In this document: piece by piece, positions 8,690 through 18,280 of the stretch
Position numbering within the stretch: position 1 is the first letter of the stretch
Layout of the letters: the number at the start of each line of letters is the position of its first letter
From: Candidatus Yanofskybacteria bacterium
GTDB lineage: Bacteria; Patescibacteriota; Minisyncoccia; 2-02-FULL-40-12; GWA2-44-9
DNA length: 64,000 nucleotides
Direction: 5' to 3'
Assembly: GCA_016181045.1 (NCBI GenBank)
Contig: JACPAB010000003.1
Location: 7,652-71,651, forward strand
Notes under the pieces: generated by a model
Told to the model about the DNA's origin: nothing
Database searches by the model: none
The model's input: the letters and a program-made list of their open reading frames with translations, nothing else
Translations under genes and position numbers: made by a program

Positions 8690-9781
8690 TTATTTTCTTA
8701 ATGGCATTATAAGATAAACCAGGTCCTTTCTGTTGTTGCTCGGCCTTAGCACCAAAGGACTGCCTTGTCCCGTGTACTCCAATACAACTTCCTCGGTATC
8801 CATGATCTTGAGGCCATCTAAAATATAGTGGTAGTTCAGCGAGATCTCAAAAGGTTGATTCTTTAGGGTTGATACTATCCCGGTTTCTATTTCTCCTTTA
8901 TCCGAGTTTTTTGCGGTAATACTTGTTTTACTCTCGGCACATTGTATCTTTACATCCGATATGTTGGACGAGAACAGTCCCGCCAGACGGATATTCTTTT
9001 CCAGTTCATTTTTGTTGATTAAAACTTTCGATACGAATCTGTCGGGGATAACTTTTCTATAGTCAGGGTAGGCGCCGTCAACCAGACGGGAGACCATTTC
9101 AAAGTCGTCATTTGAGAACGATATCTGATTATCGCCCAAGTTCACGATAACGTCCCCGTCCAGCTCGCCCGCTATCCTGGCAAGCTCAAGAACCGTATTC
9201 CTCGGAATAATAAAGGATTGTTTGGCCGCGTTTTTAAAATCAAACTGTTTCTCGGTTAAGCGAAAGCTGTCGGTTGAAGCAAATACTACCCTGTCATTGT
9301 CGAAACTGACGAATATACCCGCCAACTCCGGTCTGGCCTCCGACAAAGCCACGGACTCGATAACGGACATTAAAGAATTCTTAAGGGCCTTTACCGGAAT
9401 CGCGGCTAAGGGTTTGCTTTTTATTTTAGGTATGATCGGGAAGTCCTTAGCGTCAAAACCAAGTATTTGGGTTTTATAATGCTCGGAGTTTATACTCAAA
9501 ACATTATTTTTTACGGTCAGGGTTATTTTTTCGTCGCTTATATTCCCGGTAAAGTCAGAAATTATCCTTGCCGGAACCGCAACTTGGCCGACTTCCTCTA
9601 TTTTAGCGCCAATTATGTAATTTATTCCTATTTCAAGATTTGTTGCGGATAATCTTAGGCGGCCATTCTCTGTTTTAAAAAGAATGTTGCTCAAAATAGG
9701 AAGTGTCGTATTTTTGGCCACAACCTTTTCCACTACTCCAAGGGCTTTTTTGAAATTTTTTTGGTTGACGACTATTTTCAT
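8690..9781 (-). CDS. dnaN: DNA polymerase III beta sliding clamp
   Basis: 363 aa with a typical N-terminus (MKIVVNQKNFKKAL...LPILSNILF) and position next to dnaA. Confidence 0.93.
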   Translation of the reverse strand: MKIVVNQKNFKKALGVVEKVVAKNTTLPILSNILFKTENGRLRLSATNLEIGINYIIGAKIEEVGQVAVPARIISDFTGNISDEKITLTVKNNVLSINSEHYKTQILGFDAKDFPIIPKIKSKPLAAIPVKALKNSLMSVIESVALSEARPELAGIFVSFDNDRVVFASTDSFRLTEKQFDFKNAAKQSFIIPRNTVLELARIAGELDGDVIVNLGDNQISFSNDDFEMVSRLVDGAYPDYRKVIPDRFVSKVLINKNELEKNIRLAGLFSSNISDVKIQCAESKTSITAKNSDKGEIETGIVSTLKNQPFEISLNYHYILDGLKIMDTEEVVLEYTGQGSPLVLRPSNNRKDLVYLIMPLRK

Positions 9782-10067
9782 ATAAGAATATGACTACATA
9801 CACCTATTTCGCTCGGTTGAACTGAAAATAAATTTTCAATCACCCTCGCTAATAGTTGTAATGTATTATTTAAAGTAATTTTATCATTATTAAGAAGGAA
9901 TTTTTGTGGAAATCTTTTTCAACCGCTTGTTTAATCCAGTTGTAGTTATGTTTTTACAAATATTATTTATCCCCAGCACTTGTTTATAAATTACTTATTA
10001 TCGGCTCATAAAAATTCGTAAACTCGGATATTAAAAAGTAATAACAAATTTATCAACAAATTAACAA
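9782..10067. promoter_or_regulatory. AT-rich dnaA-dnaN intergenic region, candidate oriC segment
   Basis: 286-nt AT-rich spacer with DnaA-box-like 9-mers TTATCCCCA (9967-9975) and TTATCAACA (10050-10058), each one mismatch from TTATCCACA. Confidence 0.45.
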
Positions 10068-11441
10068 CTACTTCTCAAAAGAATTATAAACACGTTCTTT
10101 GATCAGAACCAGTTCTTGTTTTAAATTTTCATCCATCGATGTTTCGCCCCTGATCTTTTCGCAGGCATGAATGACCGTTGAATGGTCCCTTCCTCCCAAT
10201 TTCTGGCCGATCTCCGGGAAAGACAATTTTGTTTCTTCTCTGAGCAGGAACATTGCCACCTGTCTTGGTTTGACCACCTCCTTCTTGCGGCTCCTTTTTA
10301 GGAGGTCGTTTGATGATATGCTGTAAAAATCAGCGACGGACCGGAGTATGACCTGAGGCGAGGTCTTTCGATAGGGCGTATTCAGGTAAGCGTTCAGTAT
10401 GTTCTTCACCTCTTTTAAGTCAGGGACTTTATTATATATTTGGCTGAAAGCAACTACTCTGTTTAGGGCGCCCTCTAACTCTCTGACGTTCTTTTGAATG
10501 TGCGTGGCTACATATGAAAGGATGTCCTCTTCCAAAGAAGCGCCTTTTTCCGAAACCTTCATCTTTAAAATGGCTAATCTGGTCTCAAAGTCCGGGATGC
10601 CGACATCGGCTATCATACCGCCTTGGAACCTGGACTTGAGGCGCTCTTCCAGCGCCGGAATGGCCTGCGGCGGCCTGTCGGACGATAGTAATATTTGTTT
10701 GTTCTTACCGTAAAGTTCGTTGAATGTTGAAAATACTATATCCTGTGTCTTGACCTTACCGGCAATGAACTGAACGTCGTCGATCATCAGAAGATCCAAT
10801 TTTGAATACCTGTTTTTGAGATCCTCAATTGTTTTATTCCCTATGGACTCAACAATATCGGCCGTAAGACGCTCGGCAGAAATATAAAGGACTTTTTTGT
10901 CTTTATTTTCGTTCGACACTTTGTTTCCGATCGCCTGAAGAAGATGCGTCTTGCCCAAACCGACCCCGCCATACAAAAACAGAGGATTATAGAGTTTCCC
11001 AAGCTCTCTGGTTACCCTTAAAGCAGCTGCATGAGCCAGTTCGTTGTTAGAGCCGACAACAAACGACTCGAAAGTGTATTTTTTATTCAGATTAGTTTGC
11101 TTGTCTACATCGGCATCCTGCGCAGCATCTGATTTTTCTTCGATTTCGTTATCCATGATGATCTTTGAGAAGTCCTGTTTAAGGAGCTCTATTTTGGGTC
11201 GTCCGATGGCGTATCTGATCTCCCGTATTTCAGGAGTGAGGGTTCTTATCGAGTCCAGTATCTTTCTGTTGAACTTGTTTTCTAGCCACTCTTTAATGAA
11301 ACCGTTCGGAACGCTAACCAAAACACAATTCTTGTCGCGTGAGAGAATGGAAGTGTTCTTGAACCAGGTGGTGAAATTGGCTCTCGATAAAGATAATTCC
11401 ATTTCTCCCAAAACCGCTTTCCAGAGTTCTTCGTTGGTCAT
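10068..11441 (-). CDS. dnaA: Chromosomal replication initiator DnaA
   Basis: AAA+ Walker [20 protein letters not shown], and a C-terminal DNA-binding domain ([11 protein letters not shown]). Confidence 0.97.
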   Translation of the reverse strand: MTNEELWKAVLGEMELSLSRANFTTWFKNTSILSRDKNCVLVSVPNGFIKEWLENKFNRKILDSIRTLTPEIREIRYAIGRPKIELLKQDFSKIIMDNEIEEKSDAAQDADVDKQTNLNKKYTFESFVVGSNNELAHAAALRVTRELGKLYNPLFLYGGVGLGKTHLLQAIGNKVSNENKDKKVLYISAERLTADIVESIGNKTIEDLKNRYSKLDLLMIDDVQFIAGKVKTQDIVFSTFNELYGKNKQILLSSDRPPQAIPALEERLKSRFQGGMIADVGIPDFETRLAILKMKVSEKGASLEEDILSYVATHIQKNVRELEGALNRVVAFSQIYNKVPDLKEVKNILNAYLNTPYRKTSPQVILRSVADFYSISSNDLLKRSRKKEVVKPRQVAMFLLREETKLSFPEIGQKLGGRDHSTVIHACEKIRGETSMDENLKQELVLIKERVYNSFEK

Positions 11442-11572
11442 GAAACAAGTTTAAACAAAAACTTCAAGCTATCCAAAACAAAAACGTGCACACACTGTGT
11501 ATAACAGGTGGAGAACTGTTGACAATATTGACAAGCAACGAAAAGTGATTGAAAAAATAAAATTTCCTGCGC

Positions 11573-11601
11573 TTGATTAAAATTGCCTCAGAAGATATAA
11601 T
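11573..11601 (+). promoter_or_regulatory. Sigma70-like promoter of rpmH (TTGATT-17-TATAAT)
   Basis: -35 at 11573-11578 and -10 at 11596-11601. The -10 ends 7 nt before the rpmH ATG and no SD lies between them. Confidence 0.5.
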
Positions 11602-11608
11602 AATTAAT

Positions 11609-11752
11609 ATGCAATCAAAAGCCCTGACATATAGGCCAAAAAGAAAGAAAAGAAAGTCCACCCACGGATTCCTCACTCGGATGAGAACTAAATCCGGCCG
11701 AAAAATCCTGGCCAGGAGACGGAACAAGGGCAGAAAACGGCTAACCGTTTAA
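11609..11752 (+). CDS. rpmH: 50S ribosomal protein L34
   Basis: 47-aa ORF missing from the track: [47 protein letters not shown]. It sits upstream of rnpA, as is usual. Confidence 0.93.
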   Translation: MQSKALTYRPKRKKRKSTHGFLTRMRTKSGRKILARRRNKGRKRLTV

Positions 11753-11868
11753 TTTTCAATTTTCAGTTTCCAATTTTCATTGAATGTTTCAATGTATTAA
11801 TTTTCAATTGAAGAATTGAATCATTGTAAATTTATTGGGAATTGATAATTGTAAATTGGAAATTTTTT
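11753..11868. repeat. AT-rich dispersed intergenic repeat (core caattttcattgaat), copy 1
   Basis: Core at 11771-11785. Related copies at 13747-13844 and 46511-46568, each just after a + strand stop codon. Confidence 0.7.
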
Positions 11869-11872
11869 AGTT

Positions 11873-12205
11873 ATGGCTCTCAACAAAAAAAACCGGCTCA
11901 AAAAGAAGAAGGATTTCGAGGGGGTCTTTAAACAGGGAAAAGCCGTAAAAGGCAATTTTTTATTTGTCAAATACAGGAAAAACGGTTCGGGCTATCCCAG
12001 GATCGCTTTTATAGTATCGTCCAAAGTTTCTCGAAAGGCCGTTGTCAGGAACAGGATCAGGAGAATATTGTCGGATATTTCCAGAACCAGGTTGAAGGAA
12101 CTTGGCCCTGTGGACATAATATTGATAGCGGATAAAAAGATCATAGAAGCCCCAAGAGAAAAAATAGAACAGGACCTGGAATCGATTTTCAGAAAACTTA
12201 AATGA
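11873..12205 (+). CDS. rnpA: Ribonuclease P protein component
   Basis: 110 aa, basic, RNR-type motif ([10 protein letters not shown]), located between rpmH and yidD. Confidence 0.9.
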   Translation: MALNKKNRLKKKKDFEGVFKQGKAVKGNFLFVKYRKNGSGYPRIAFIVSSKVSRKAVVRNRIRRILSDISRTRLKELGPVDIILIADKKIIEAPREKIEQDLESIFRKLK

Positions 12206-12270
12206 CCCTTCGACCCATTCGACAAAGCCTCAGGGTGGTGAGCTTGTCGAATCCACAGGCTCAGGGTCAT
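12202..12270. repeat. Nested palindromic (REP-like) element at the rnpA stop codon
   Basis: Outer stem atgaccct (12202-12209) / agggtcat (12263-12270). Inner stem attcgacaaagc (12217-12228) / gcttgtcgaat (12242-12252). Confidence 0.65.
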
Positions 12271-12288
12271 ACTGAACCAATTGAACGT

Positions 12289-12516
12289 ATGAAAAATGTA
12301 GCCATTAAACTTATTAATATCTACAAAAGCGGTTCCGCCAGGTTTTGGCTCGGCGGTCCTTTTGTGCTCTATTCTAACTGCAAATACCATCCGACCTGCT
12401 CTGAATATACAATTCAAGCGATCGAAAAACACGGACTGTTCAAGGGGTTCGGAAAAGGAGTATTGCGGGTCTTGCGATGTAATCCCCTCTCCCGCGGAGG
12501 GATAGATCTGCCATGA
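12289..12516 (+). CDS. yidD: Membrane protein insertion efficiency factor YidD
   Basis: [10 protein letters not shown] and LRCNP motifs. ATG at 12289 is preferred because the upstream part of the tracked ORF lies inside the palindromic element. Confidence 0.85.
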   Translation: MKNVAIKLINIYKSGSARFWLGGPFVLYSNCKYHPTCSEYTIQAIEKHGLFKGFGKGVLRVLRCNPLSRGGIDLP

Positions 12517-13202
12517 TTAGTATTTTTAACGAAATTTTATTCAGGCCTCTTTTCAACATTACCGTATTTTTATACGACATTCTGCCTTGGAATGATTTCG
12601 GTCTGGCAATCATAGTCCTGACCGTTATAATCAAATTTATCTTCCTGCCTTTGACCACAAAGTCGATAAGGTCTCAAAAAAAACTCAGCCAGCTTAATCC
12701 TCAAATCCAGCAGATCAAAGAAAAGTACAAGAACAATCCAAAGGCGCAGTCAGAGGCGACCCTTGCCTTATACCGGGAAAACGGCATCAACCCGTTGTCC
12801 GGTTGTCTTCCTCTGCTGATACAGATTCCCATTCTCATCGGTCTTTACCAGGCATTTATAGTCGGTCTTAAACCGGAAAGCTTGGGTATGTTGTATGGTT
12901 TTGTTAAAAATCCCGGCGCCATAAACCAGACATCTTTTTGGTTCATAGATATCGGCTCGAAGATGCCTGTTCTGGCTATTCTTGCCGGAGGACTGCAGTT
13001 TCTTCAGGCCAAAAAAAGCTCTGCCCAAACCCAAGGGCCCGGCGCTGTTCCGGAGATGAAAGCGCTCAACTCTCAAATGTTGTATTTTTTTCCGATTATG
13101 GTAATAGTTATTGGTTGGAACTTGCCGGCCGGCCTGCTCTTATACTGGCTGACGACAACCGCGTTTTCCATCGTTGAACAGACATATGCGCAAAGGTCAT
13201 GA
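12513..13202 (+). CDS. yidC: Membrane insertase YidC (short form)
   Basis: 229 aa, multi-TM, with YidC/Oxa1 core motifs ([24 protein letters not shown]). Confidence 0.9.
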   Translation: MISIFNEILFRPLFNITVFLYDILPWNDFGLAIIVLTVIIKFIFLPLTTKSIRSQKKLSQLNPQIQQIKEKYKNNPKAQSEATLALYRENGINPLSGCLPLLIQIPILIGLYQAFIVGLKPESLGMLYGFVKNPGAINQTSFWFIDIGSKMPVLAILAGGLQFLQAKKSSAQTQGPGAVPEMKALNSQMLYFFPIMVIVIGWNLPAGLLLYWLTTTAFSIVEQTYAQRS

Positions 13203-13717
13203 CCAATTTTACCGAACAGAACGGGGACAGGATCAAGGAAGCCGTCAAAAAGATGGCGGGCTTTATGGACACGGAGTGTCAGGTAGAGCTTCGGGAAGAG
13301 CTGGGCCAGGATGGCAGGGTTAGTTTGGTTATTTCCATGTACACTCCCGACAACGCCAGATTTTTGATAGGAAAGAACGGACAGAATCTGAAGGCCCTCG
13401 AACACTTGGTAAGGTCAATGTTCATGAAACCTGCCCGACTACCTGACGGCACTCAGGCGGGCGGGGACAGTAAAGAAGTTGCCGGCATCTCTGTTGATGT
13501 GAATGACTATAAACGCGCAAGGACCTCGTACATAGTGGATATGGCCAAACAGGCCGTCCAGCGTGTAAGGAATACCCAGAAGGCCGAGGTTCTCCTTCCT
13601 ATGTCTGCCTATGAAAGAAGGGTTGTCCACATGGAGCTGGCAGCTTGCCCTGACATTGCCACCGAAAGCGCTGGAGATGAACCCCATAGACGGATAGTAA
13701 TCAAGCCCTATCCATAA
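13199..13717 (+). CDS. jag: Jag-like KH/R3H RNA-binding protein
   Basis: KH-like GKNGQNLKALEHL and an R3H-type C-terminus (YERRVVHMEL...GDEPHRRIVI). Located downstream of yidC. Confidence 0.85.
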   Translation: MTNFTEQNGDRIKEAVKKMAGFMDTECQVELREELGQDGRVSLVISMYTPDNARFLIGKNGQNLKALEHLVRSMFMKPARLPDGTQAGGDSKEVAGISVDVNDYKRARTSYIVDMAKQAVQRVRNTQKAEVLLPMSAYERRVVHMELAACPDIATESAGDEPHRRIVIKPYP

Positions 13718-13746
13718 AAAATTGAGGTTGCAACCTCAATTTTTTA
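13718..13746. terminator. Bidirectional intrinsic terminator
   Basis: Perfect palindrome aaaaattgaggttgcaacctcaattttt. Confidence 0.8.
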
Positions 13747-13844
13747 ATTTACAATTATCAATTTTTCAATTTTCATTGAATGTATCAATTGATCAATTGT
13801 ATCATTGGAGAATTTATTGAAAATTGATGCTTGAAAATTGAAAA
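13747..13844. repeat. AT-rich dispersed intergenic repeat, copy 2
   Basis: Core caattttcattgaat at 13767-13781. Confidence 0.7.
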
Positions 13845-15008
13845 TTAATCCACTGCAATTTTTAAGGCATAGAGTTTGCCGTCTGTTTCGTTGAGTATTA
13901 TCAGAAAATTCTCGGTGCCGGTAAGCATCAGCTGTTTGGCGGATATATTTTTTGCCGGAGAGAACAGAAGCTCCTTTGTGCCATCCATATTTATTTTATA
14001 GATATCCTCGCCCCCCTGGCCGGACCGTCCGACGGCGCAGAAGATGTAGTCGCTGTTTATGCCCCAAGCGCATTTATAAGCGGGAGTAGAGATGTCCAGG
14101 GCCTTAACCGACGAAGACAAGGCGTCCCCGCCCGCCTGAGTGTCGTCAGGCAGTCGGGCGGGTTTTATGAAAAGCATCGGGCGGCCGCTTTCTCTTGTTG
14201 AATAAAGAATCTTTACGCCGCCGGAAGACCAAAGAACATCCACTTTCCCGGGTTCATCGACGAACTTAGTTAAATTCCCGGTCAGGGAGAGAAGATAAAC
14301 ACTATCCCTGCCATCCACCGAGGCCTTAAAAGATATGTATTCTTCCGATGGCCAGGAGAGCTTTATGTCCGCAAGGCGGGTATCGATGACCTTTCTCGGA
14401 GAACTGCCGTCGGGCGAGGAAACATAGATAGCGCCGTCAAGGCCCAGGGACCGAAGATACGCTATGTGCGAACCGTCCGGTGAGAACGCTAATGACCTTA
14501 TGGTTTTTCCAAGGCCCACAACCTTGTTTGTTTGGTAATTGTAATATCTGAAATCCTTGCCGTTGTTCGTGTCAAAAACACTCACCACCTCTTTTTTATT
14601 TGGGGACCAGAGCGTCTCGACAAGATTCGGAAGCGGTTTATCGGAGACGATCCTCTCGTTCATCCCGTACGAAACAGAAGCGCGCTGCGGGCCCTCGCGG
14701 TTTCGTTCGGGATTCATATCTCTCGGACCGGCCTCGAATACCCGGCCGTTGCTTTTGTCGTAATACAGGACGGAGGATTTTTCTTTTGAAAGAGTCGGAG
14801 ATAAAACCGCTCTCTTGCTTAAGGCAGACAGGTTTCCCGAAGAATTTTCGAGATCACTCGGCTGGCTTTCGTCGAATTTTTCCAGGAAGCCACCCCCGAT
14901 ATTAGCCGATTGCCTTGTGAAATCCTTTTGGCTTATCAAATATCCCGCTAAAAAAGCGGCCAACGACAAGGACAGAACAATTAGTACTATTAGAAATTTA
15001 TTATTCAT
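13845..15008 (-). CDS. Membrane-anchored TolB-like beta-propeller (PD40-repeat) protein
   Basis: N-terminal TM helix and PD40-like repeats (LAFSPDGSHIAYL, LWSPNKKEVV, LWSSGGVKILY). Confidence 0.6.
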   Translation of the reverse strand: MNNKFLIVLIVLSLSLAAFLAGYLISQKDFTRQSANIGGGFLEKFDESQPSDLENSSGNLSALSKRAVLSPTLSKEKSSVLYYDKSNGRVFEAGPRDMNPERNREGPQRASVSYGMNERIVSDKPLPNLVETLWSPNKKEVVSVFDTNNGKDFRYYNYQTNKVVGLGKTIRSLAFSPDGSHIAYLRSLGLDGAIYVSSPDGSSPRKVIDTRLADIKLSWPSEEYISFKASVDGRDSVYLLSLTGNLTKFVDEPGKVDVLWSSGGVKILYSTRESGRPMLFIKPARLPDDTQAGGDALSSSVKALDISTPAYKCAWGINSDYIFCAVGRSGQGGEDIYKINMDGTKELLFSPAKNISAKQLMLTGTENFLIILNETDGKLYALKIAVD

Positions 15009-15423
15009 TTATGTTTTCTTCTTCCGGCTGTTTCTTTGCCTGTATGCTCATTCCTCGATACATCCAGATAAGGGCCAATGTTCGGAAAGGAATGAATTCC
15101 AGCACCGAAGCCAGGATGGGGAAATTCTCCGCTACGAATCCGAGAGCAAACCGCTTCCACTGTTTGCGCGCGTTCTTGGACATGCCGACCCCTATAAGTA
15201 TGGCCACGTCTACCAGAAGTCCCAATGGTATGGCGATTATCGCTCCGACCCCAGTATAGACCGTTAATATTTCAATTATATCAACAAAAAGGGCAAAGAG
15301 TATCAGGATATAAGACCCGACACCCATTTTGTATGGCTCTGGCCGGCTTAATTCTTCCGGTTCTCGGCTTTCTATATTCCTCTGTGCTTCAAGTTCGTTG
15401 AAAACATCATTTTCATCTGCCAT
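15001..15423 (-). CDS. Hypothetical multi-TM membrane protein (T4SS-like cluster)
   Basis: 140 aa with 3-4 predicted hydrophobic helices. Its stop overlaps the downstream gene by 8 nt. Confidence 0.55.
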   Translation of the reverse strand: MADENDVFNELEAQRNIESREPEELSRPEPYKMGVGSYILILFALFVDIIEILTVYTGVGAIIAIPLGLLVDVAILIGVGMSKNARKQWKRFALGFVAENFPILASVLEFIPFRTLALIWMYRGMSIQAKKQPEEENINE

Positions 15424-15448
15424 ATTCTAATTCCTAATTTCCTAATAC

Positions 15449-17218
15449 CTAACTCCTAAGCTTTGCCCACTCTTCTTTGGCTTTCTCTATTTCCAAAAGT
15501 TGCTTCGGGTCGGAGGTAATTATCTGGTCTTCGGCGTAAGAGGCCACTACCCTGATACCGATATGGTTCTGGCCCAGGAAGAACAAACCGAAACCGACCC
15601 TTGCCTCAAGAAGATAATATTTTTCCGCATCGGTCAGGTTGAATGTTTGCTGGACTATGTCTATCGTCGAGGGGGACTGCTTCATCAGGACTTGAATGGA
15701 TGAGTTGGCAAGGACGCTTTTGCCCGCTTCGCTGGCGAGAAATACCGACACATCCTGTGAAATGGTTGTAAGTCCGGCGTAATATTTTCTGGCCCGGCGG
15801 GCAATGTTGGCGATAAAATCGGCGCCGATGGGATATTTCATAAGCCACCAGGCCTCATCGATCATTAGGAGCCGTTTTTTCAAAGTTCTGCGCATGGCGG
15901 TCCAGATATGATTGAGAACCAGATACATAGCGATAGGCCTTAACTCTTCTTCCATGTCCCTGATACTGAAAACAACCATTTGGTTATCCAACGCCACGTT
16001 GGTCGGCCTGTTCAAAAATCCGGCGAATGTTCCCTGGGTGTATTTGCGGAGCCGGATAGCCATTGATTCGGCGCCGGTAAGGCCTTCTAATACGTTTTGG
16101 AGGTCAGATAGCAACGGGGCGGACGCTTTTGAAAAATCCGATTCAGGAACGATGTCCTTTAGGGCATATGTTTGAATTAGGGCCTCGTCTAATATAGACA
16201 CCTCCTCCGGAGTTAACTCACCCAAGATAAGCCGGAGCAGTCCGGTTAAGCTCAATATGTGCGACTTGAATACGTCCGCCGGTGATTCGTCTGGTTTGGG
16301 CACGGGGAGATCGAAGGGGTTAATGTGCTGGTCGGAGTTTATCGATATCTTAACAGAGGTCCCCCCGATGGTGTCAGAAAGGTATTTGTATTCGTTCTCG
16401 GGGTCAATGATAAGAACCTGGGTGCCGAAAATTAAACTTCTCAATATTTCCAGTTTTACGGTATAACTTTTTCCTCCTCCGGATTTGCCAAACACGACTG
16501 CGTTGGCATTCTCCAAGTTGAACCGGTCGAACAAGACGAGGGAGTTATTGTGGGTGTTAATGCCGTAGAGGATCCCGGAATTTGATGTCAGGTCGAAGGA
16601 TACAAAAGGAAATATCGAAGAAAGCGGCTCGGTGTTCAAGGACGTGTGGACGTTGAGCTTGTCCTCATTTAGGGGAAGCGTTGAAGTGAATCCCTCGCCC
16701 ATTCTGAAAATGGCCGATTTGGGGAAAACAAGCTGGTATTCCAGAAGCCCTCTGACCTTATTTTCCGTCTCATCAAGTTCTTTCAAACTATTCTCGTAAT
16801 AAGTGATGTAAACCCCCAGTTCAAAGAACTTGTCGGTCCCCTGTTGGAGCTTGTCCCGGAGCAGTTCGATATCCTGCATCGCCGTCTCAAGCATCGGATC
16901 CCGGACCTTGCCTTTGGAGGCCTCTTCCATGGTTTGGGACTGGAGCCGGGCCAGCTGGTCGCGGAGTTGTTTTAAAACAGTAGCGGTATTTTTCGGCAAG
17001 ATGAATATCGAAATATCCAAAACCCGATCCAGGTTCAGGATCGGAGAGAACCAGTTCGTCTGCAGGTATCTCGGGAACGTCGCCAAAAAGATCGTTCGGG
17101 CAAACTTATTACCGACCTGCATGTAGTTTGGTGAGACGCTAAATGCTTCCGGAGCAAGAAGCTCGTCCATTTTCTTGACTGATGCGTCACCCAGTTGTAT
17201 ATCTTGTTTGTTCGCCAT
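15449..17218 (-). CDS. VirB4/TraC-family type IV secretion ATPase, C-terminal ATPase part
   Basis: Walker A GKSGGGKSYT, Walker B LLMIDEAWWL, and TISQDV motif. Confidence 0.85.
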   Translation of the reverse strand: MANKQDIQLGDASVKKMDELLAPEAFSVSPNYMQVGNKFARTIFLATFPRYLQTNWFSPILNLDRVLDISIFILPKNTATVLKQLRDQLARLQSQTMEEASKGKVRDPMLETAMQDIELLRDKLQQGTDKFFELGVYITYYENSLKELDETENKVRGLLEYQLVFPKSAIFRMGEGFTSTLPLNEDKLNVHTSLNTEPLSSIFPFVSFDLTSNSGILYGINTHNNSLVLFDRFNLENANAVVFGKSGGGKSYTVKLEILRSLIFGTQVLIIDPENEYKYLSDTIGGTSVKISINSDQHINPFDLPVPKPDESPADVFKSHILSLTGLLRLILGELTPEEVSILDEALIQTYALKDIVPESDFSKASAPLLSDLQNVLEGLTGAESMAIRLRKYTQGTFAGFLNRPTNVALDNQMVVFSIRDMEEELRPIAMYLVLNHIWTAMRRTLKKRLLMIDEAWWLMKYPIGADFIANIARRARKYYAGLTTISQDVSVFLASEAGKSVLANSSIQVLMKQSPSTIDIVQQTFNLTDAEKYYLLEARVGFGLFFLGQNHIGIRVVASYAEDQIITSDPKQLLEIEKAKEEWAKLRS

Positions 17219-17224
17219 ATGTCG

Positions 17225-17866
17225 TTAGTTGTCAGTCGTTGGTTGTAAGTTGATTTTAATGCCGGGATTATACAGACCGTAATAAAGATTCATCAGTTCG
17301 GTGCCTTCAAGGAGCCGGGTCTTAAGTCCCAGCCCGACCAAGCCGTCGAATACGAGCTCGACTCTTTGCAGGAGCTGGTTTTTGTATGTTTCGAGCTGTT
17401 CGGGTTTTATCTGTTTGATCACACCCGAAGGCTTGAGGATACTTTTTAAACTATCCACCAATCCTGTTTTTGACGGCGTCTCGAATACGTAAAAAGGAAC
17501 TACAATGTAGAATTTTTTGGACATGATATTGGACAGGTCTGCCAGTTCTTTGATGAACTTCGAATACTCGGCGGCCTGTATTTTTAGCAGCTCGCTTGTC
17601 AGCGATTCGGTAGTCGTCTCTATGAGTTTGAGATAGTCCTCGATATCGAGCCGCCTGGAATTCACCACGATTTGCAGGGGGAAATCGGTTGAATTCAGGA
17701 ATCTCTGGAAATTCTGCAGGATCGCGACCTGCTCCTCCTCCGATCTCAACTCGAAGTTTATCGACGAGACCTCTATTACCGTCCTCAAAGAGCCGTTCTT
17801 CAGAATAACGATGTTGTCGACTATGTCTGCTACCTCGACTAATTGTTTTGTGGATTGGTTAGCCAT
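17225..17866 (-). CDS. VirB4 N-terminal-domain-like protein encoded as a separate ORF
   Basis: IVILKNGSLRTVIEVSSINFELRSEEEQVAILQNFQRFLNSTDFPLQIVV resembles the N-terminal domain of Gram-positive VirB4 homologues. TAA stop lies 6 nt before the ATPase ORF. Confidence 0.55.
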   Translation of the reverse strand: MANQSTKQLVEVADIVDNIVILKNGSLRTVIEVSSINFELRSEEEQVAILQNFQRFLNSTDFPLQIVVNSRRLDIEDYLKLIETTTESLTSELLKIQAAEYSKFIKELADLSNIMSKKFYIVVPFYVFETPSKTGLVDSLKSILKPSGVIKQIKPEQLETYKNQLLQRVELVFDGLVGLGLKTRLLEGTELMNLYYGLYNPGIKINLQPTTDN

Positions 17867-18169
17867 CTACTTGTTCAATATGTTGGTTTGATCTTCTTTC
17901 TTAAATATATATTTTTTCGGATTTAGAATGTATGACAGACCATAAGATGCGTAAACCAATAGGGGGACCCCATCTACCCTTACGAATGCCATGGCTAAGA
18001 ATATCGCGGCAACAGGCAGGGCCAAAGCGATAAACAGAAAACCTTTCGTGAACATGAAAAGAAGAAAAAGTATTGCCGCTCCTCCGGCCACCCATAAAAA
18101 TTGCATGAGCGTGAACGGCCCGACAATTTTCACTTCCGTCTCGATAAATTGTGGAATTTGAAAGCGCAT
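17867..18169 (-). CDS. PrgI-family (VirB3-like) small membrane protein
   Basis: MRFQIPQFIETEVKIVGPFTLMQFLWVAGG followed by two TM helices. Start taken at ATG 18169. Confidence 0.7.
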   Translation of the reverse strand: MRFQIPQFIETEVKIVGPFTLMQFLWVAGGAAILFLLFMFTKGFLFIALALPVAAIFLAMAFVRVDGVPLLVYASYGLSYILNPKKYIFKKEDQTNILNK

Positions 18170-18245
18170 ATAACTTAAGTATATCAAATAAACCGCTAAA
18201 AATGGTGCCAGTAGTCAACAGGGTGTCAGATACAGGATACGGGGG

Positions 18246-18274
18246 TTGCAATACCGTTAGCCTTTTGATATATT
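18246..18274 (+). promoter_or_regulatory. Sigma70-like promoter of the TA pair (TTGCAA-17-TATATT)
   Basis: -35 at 18246-18251 and -10 at 18269-18274. The ATG at 18281 is only 6 nt after the -10. Confidence 0.45.
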
Positions 18275-18280
18275 TAACTT

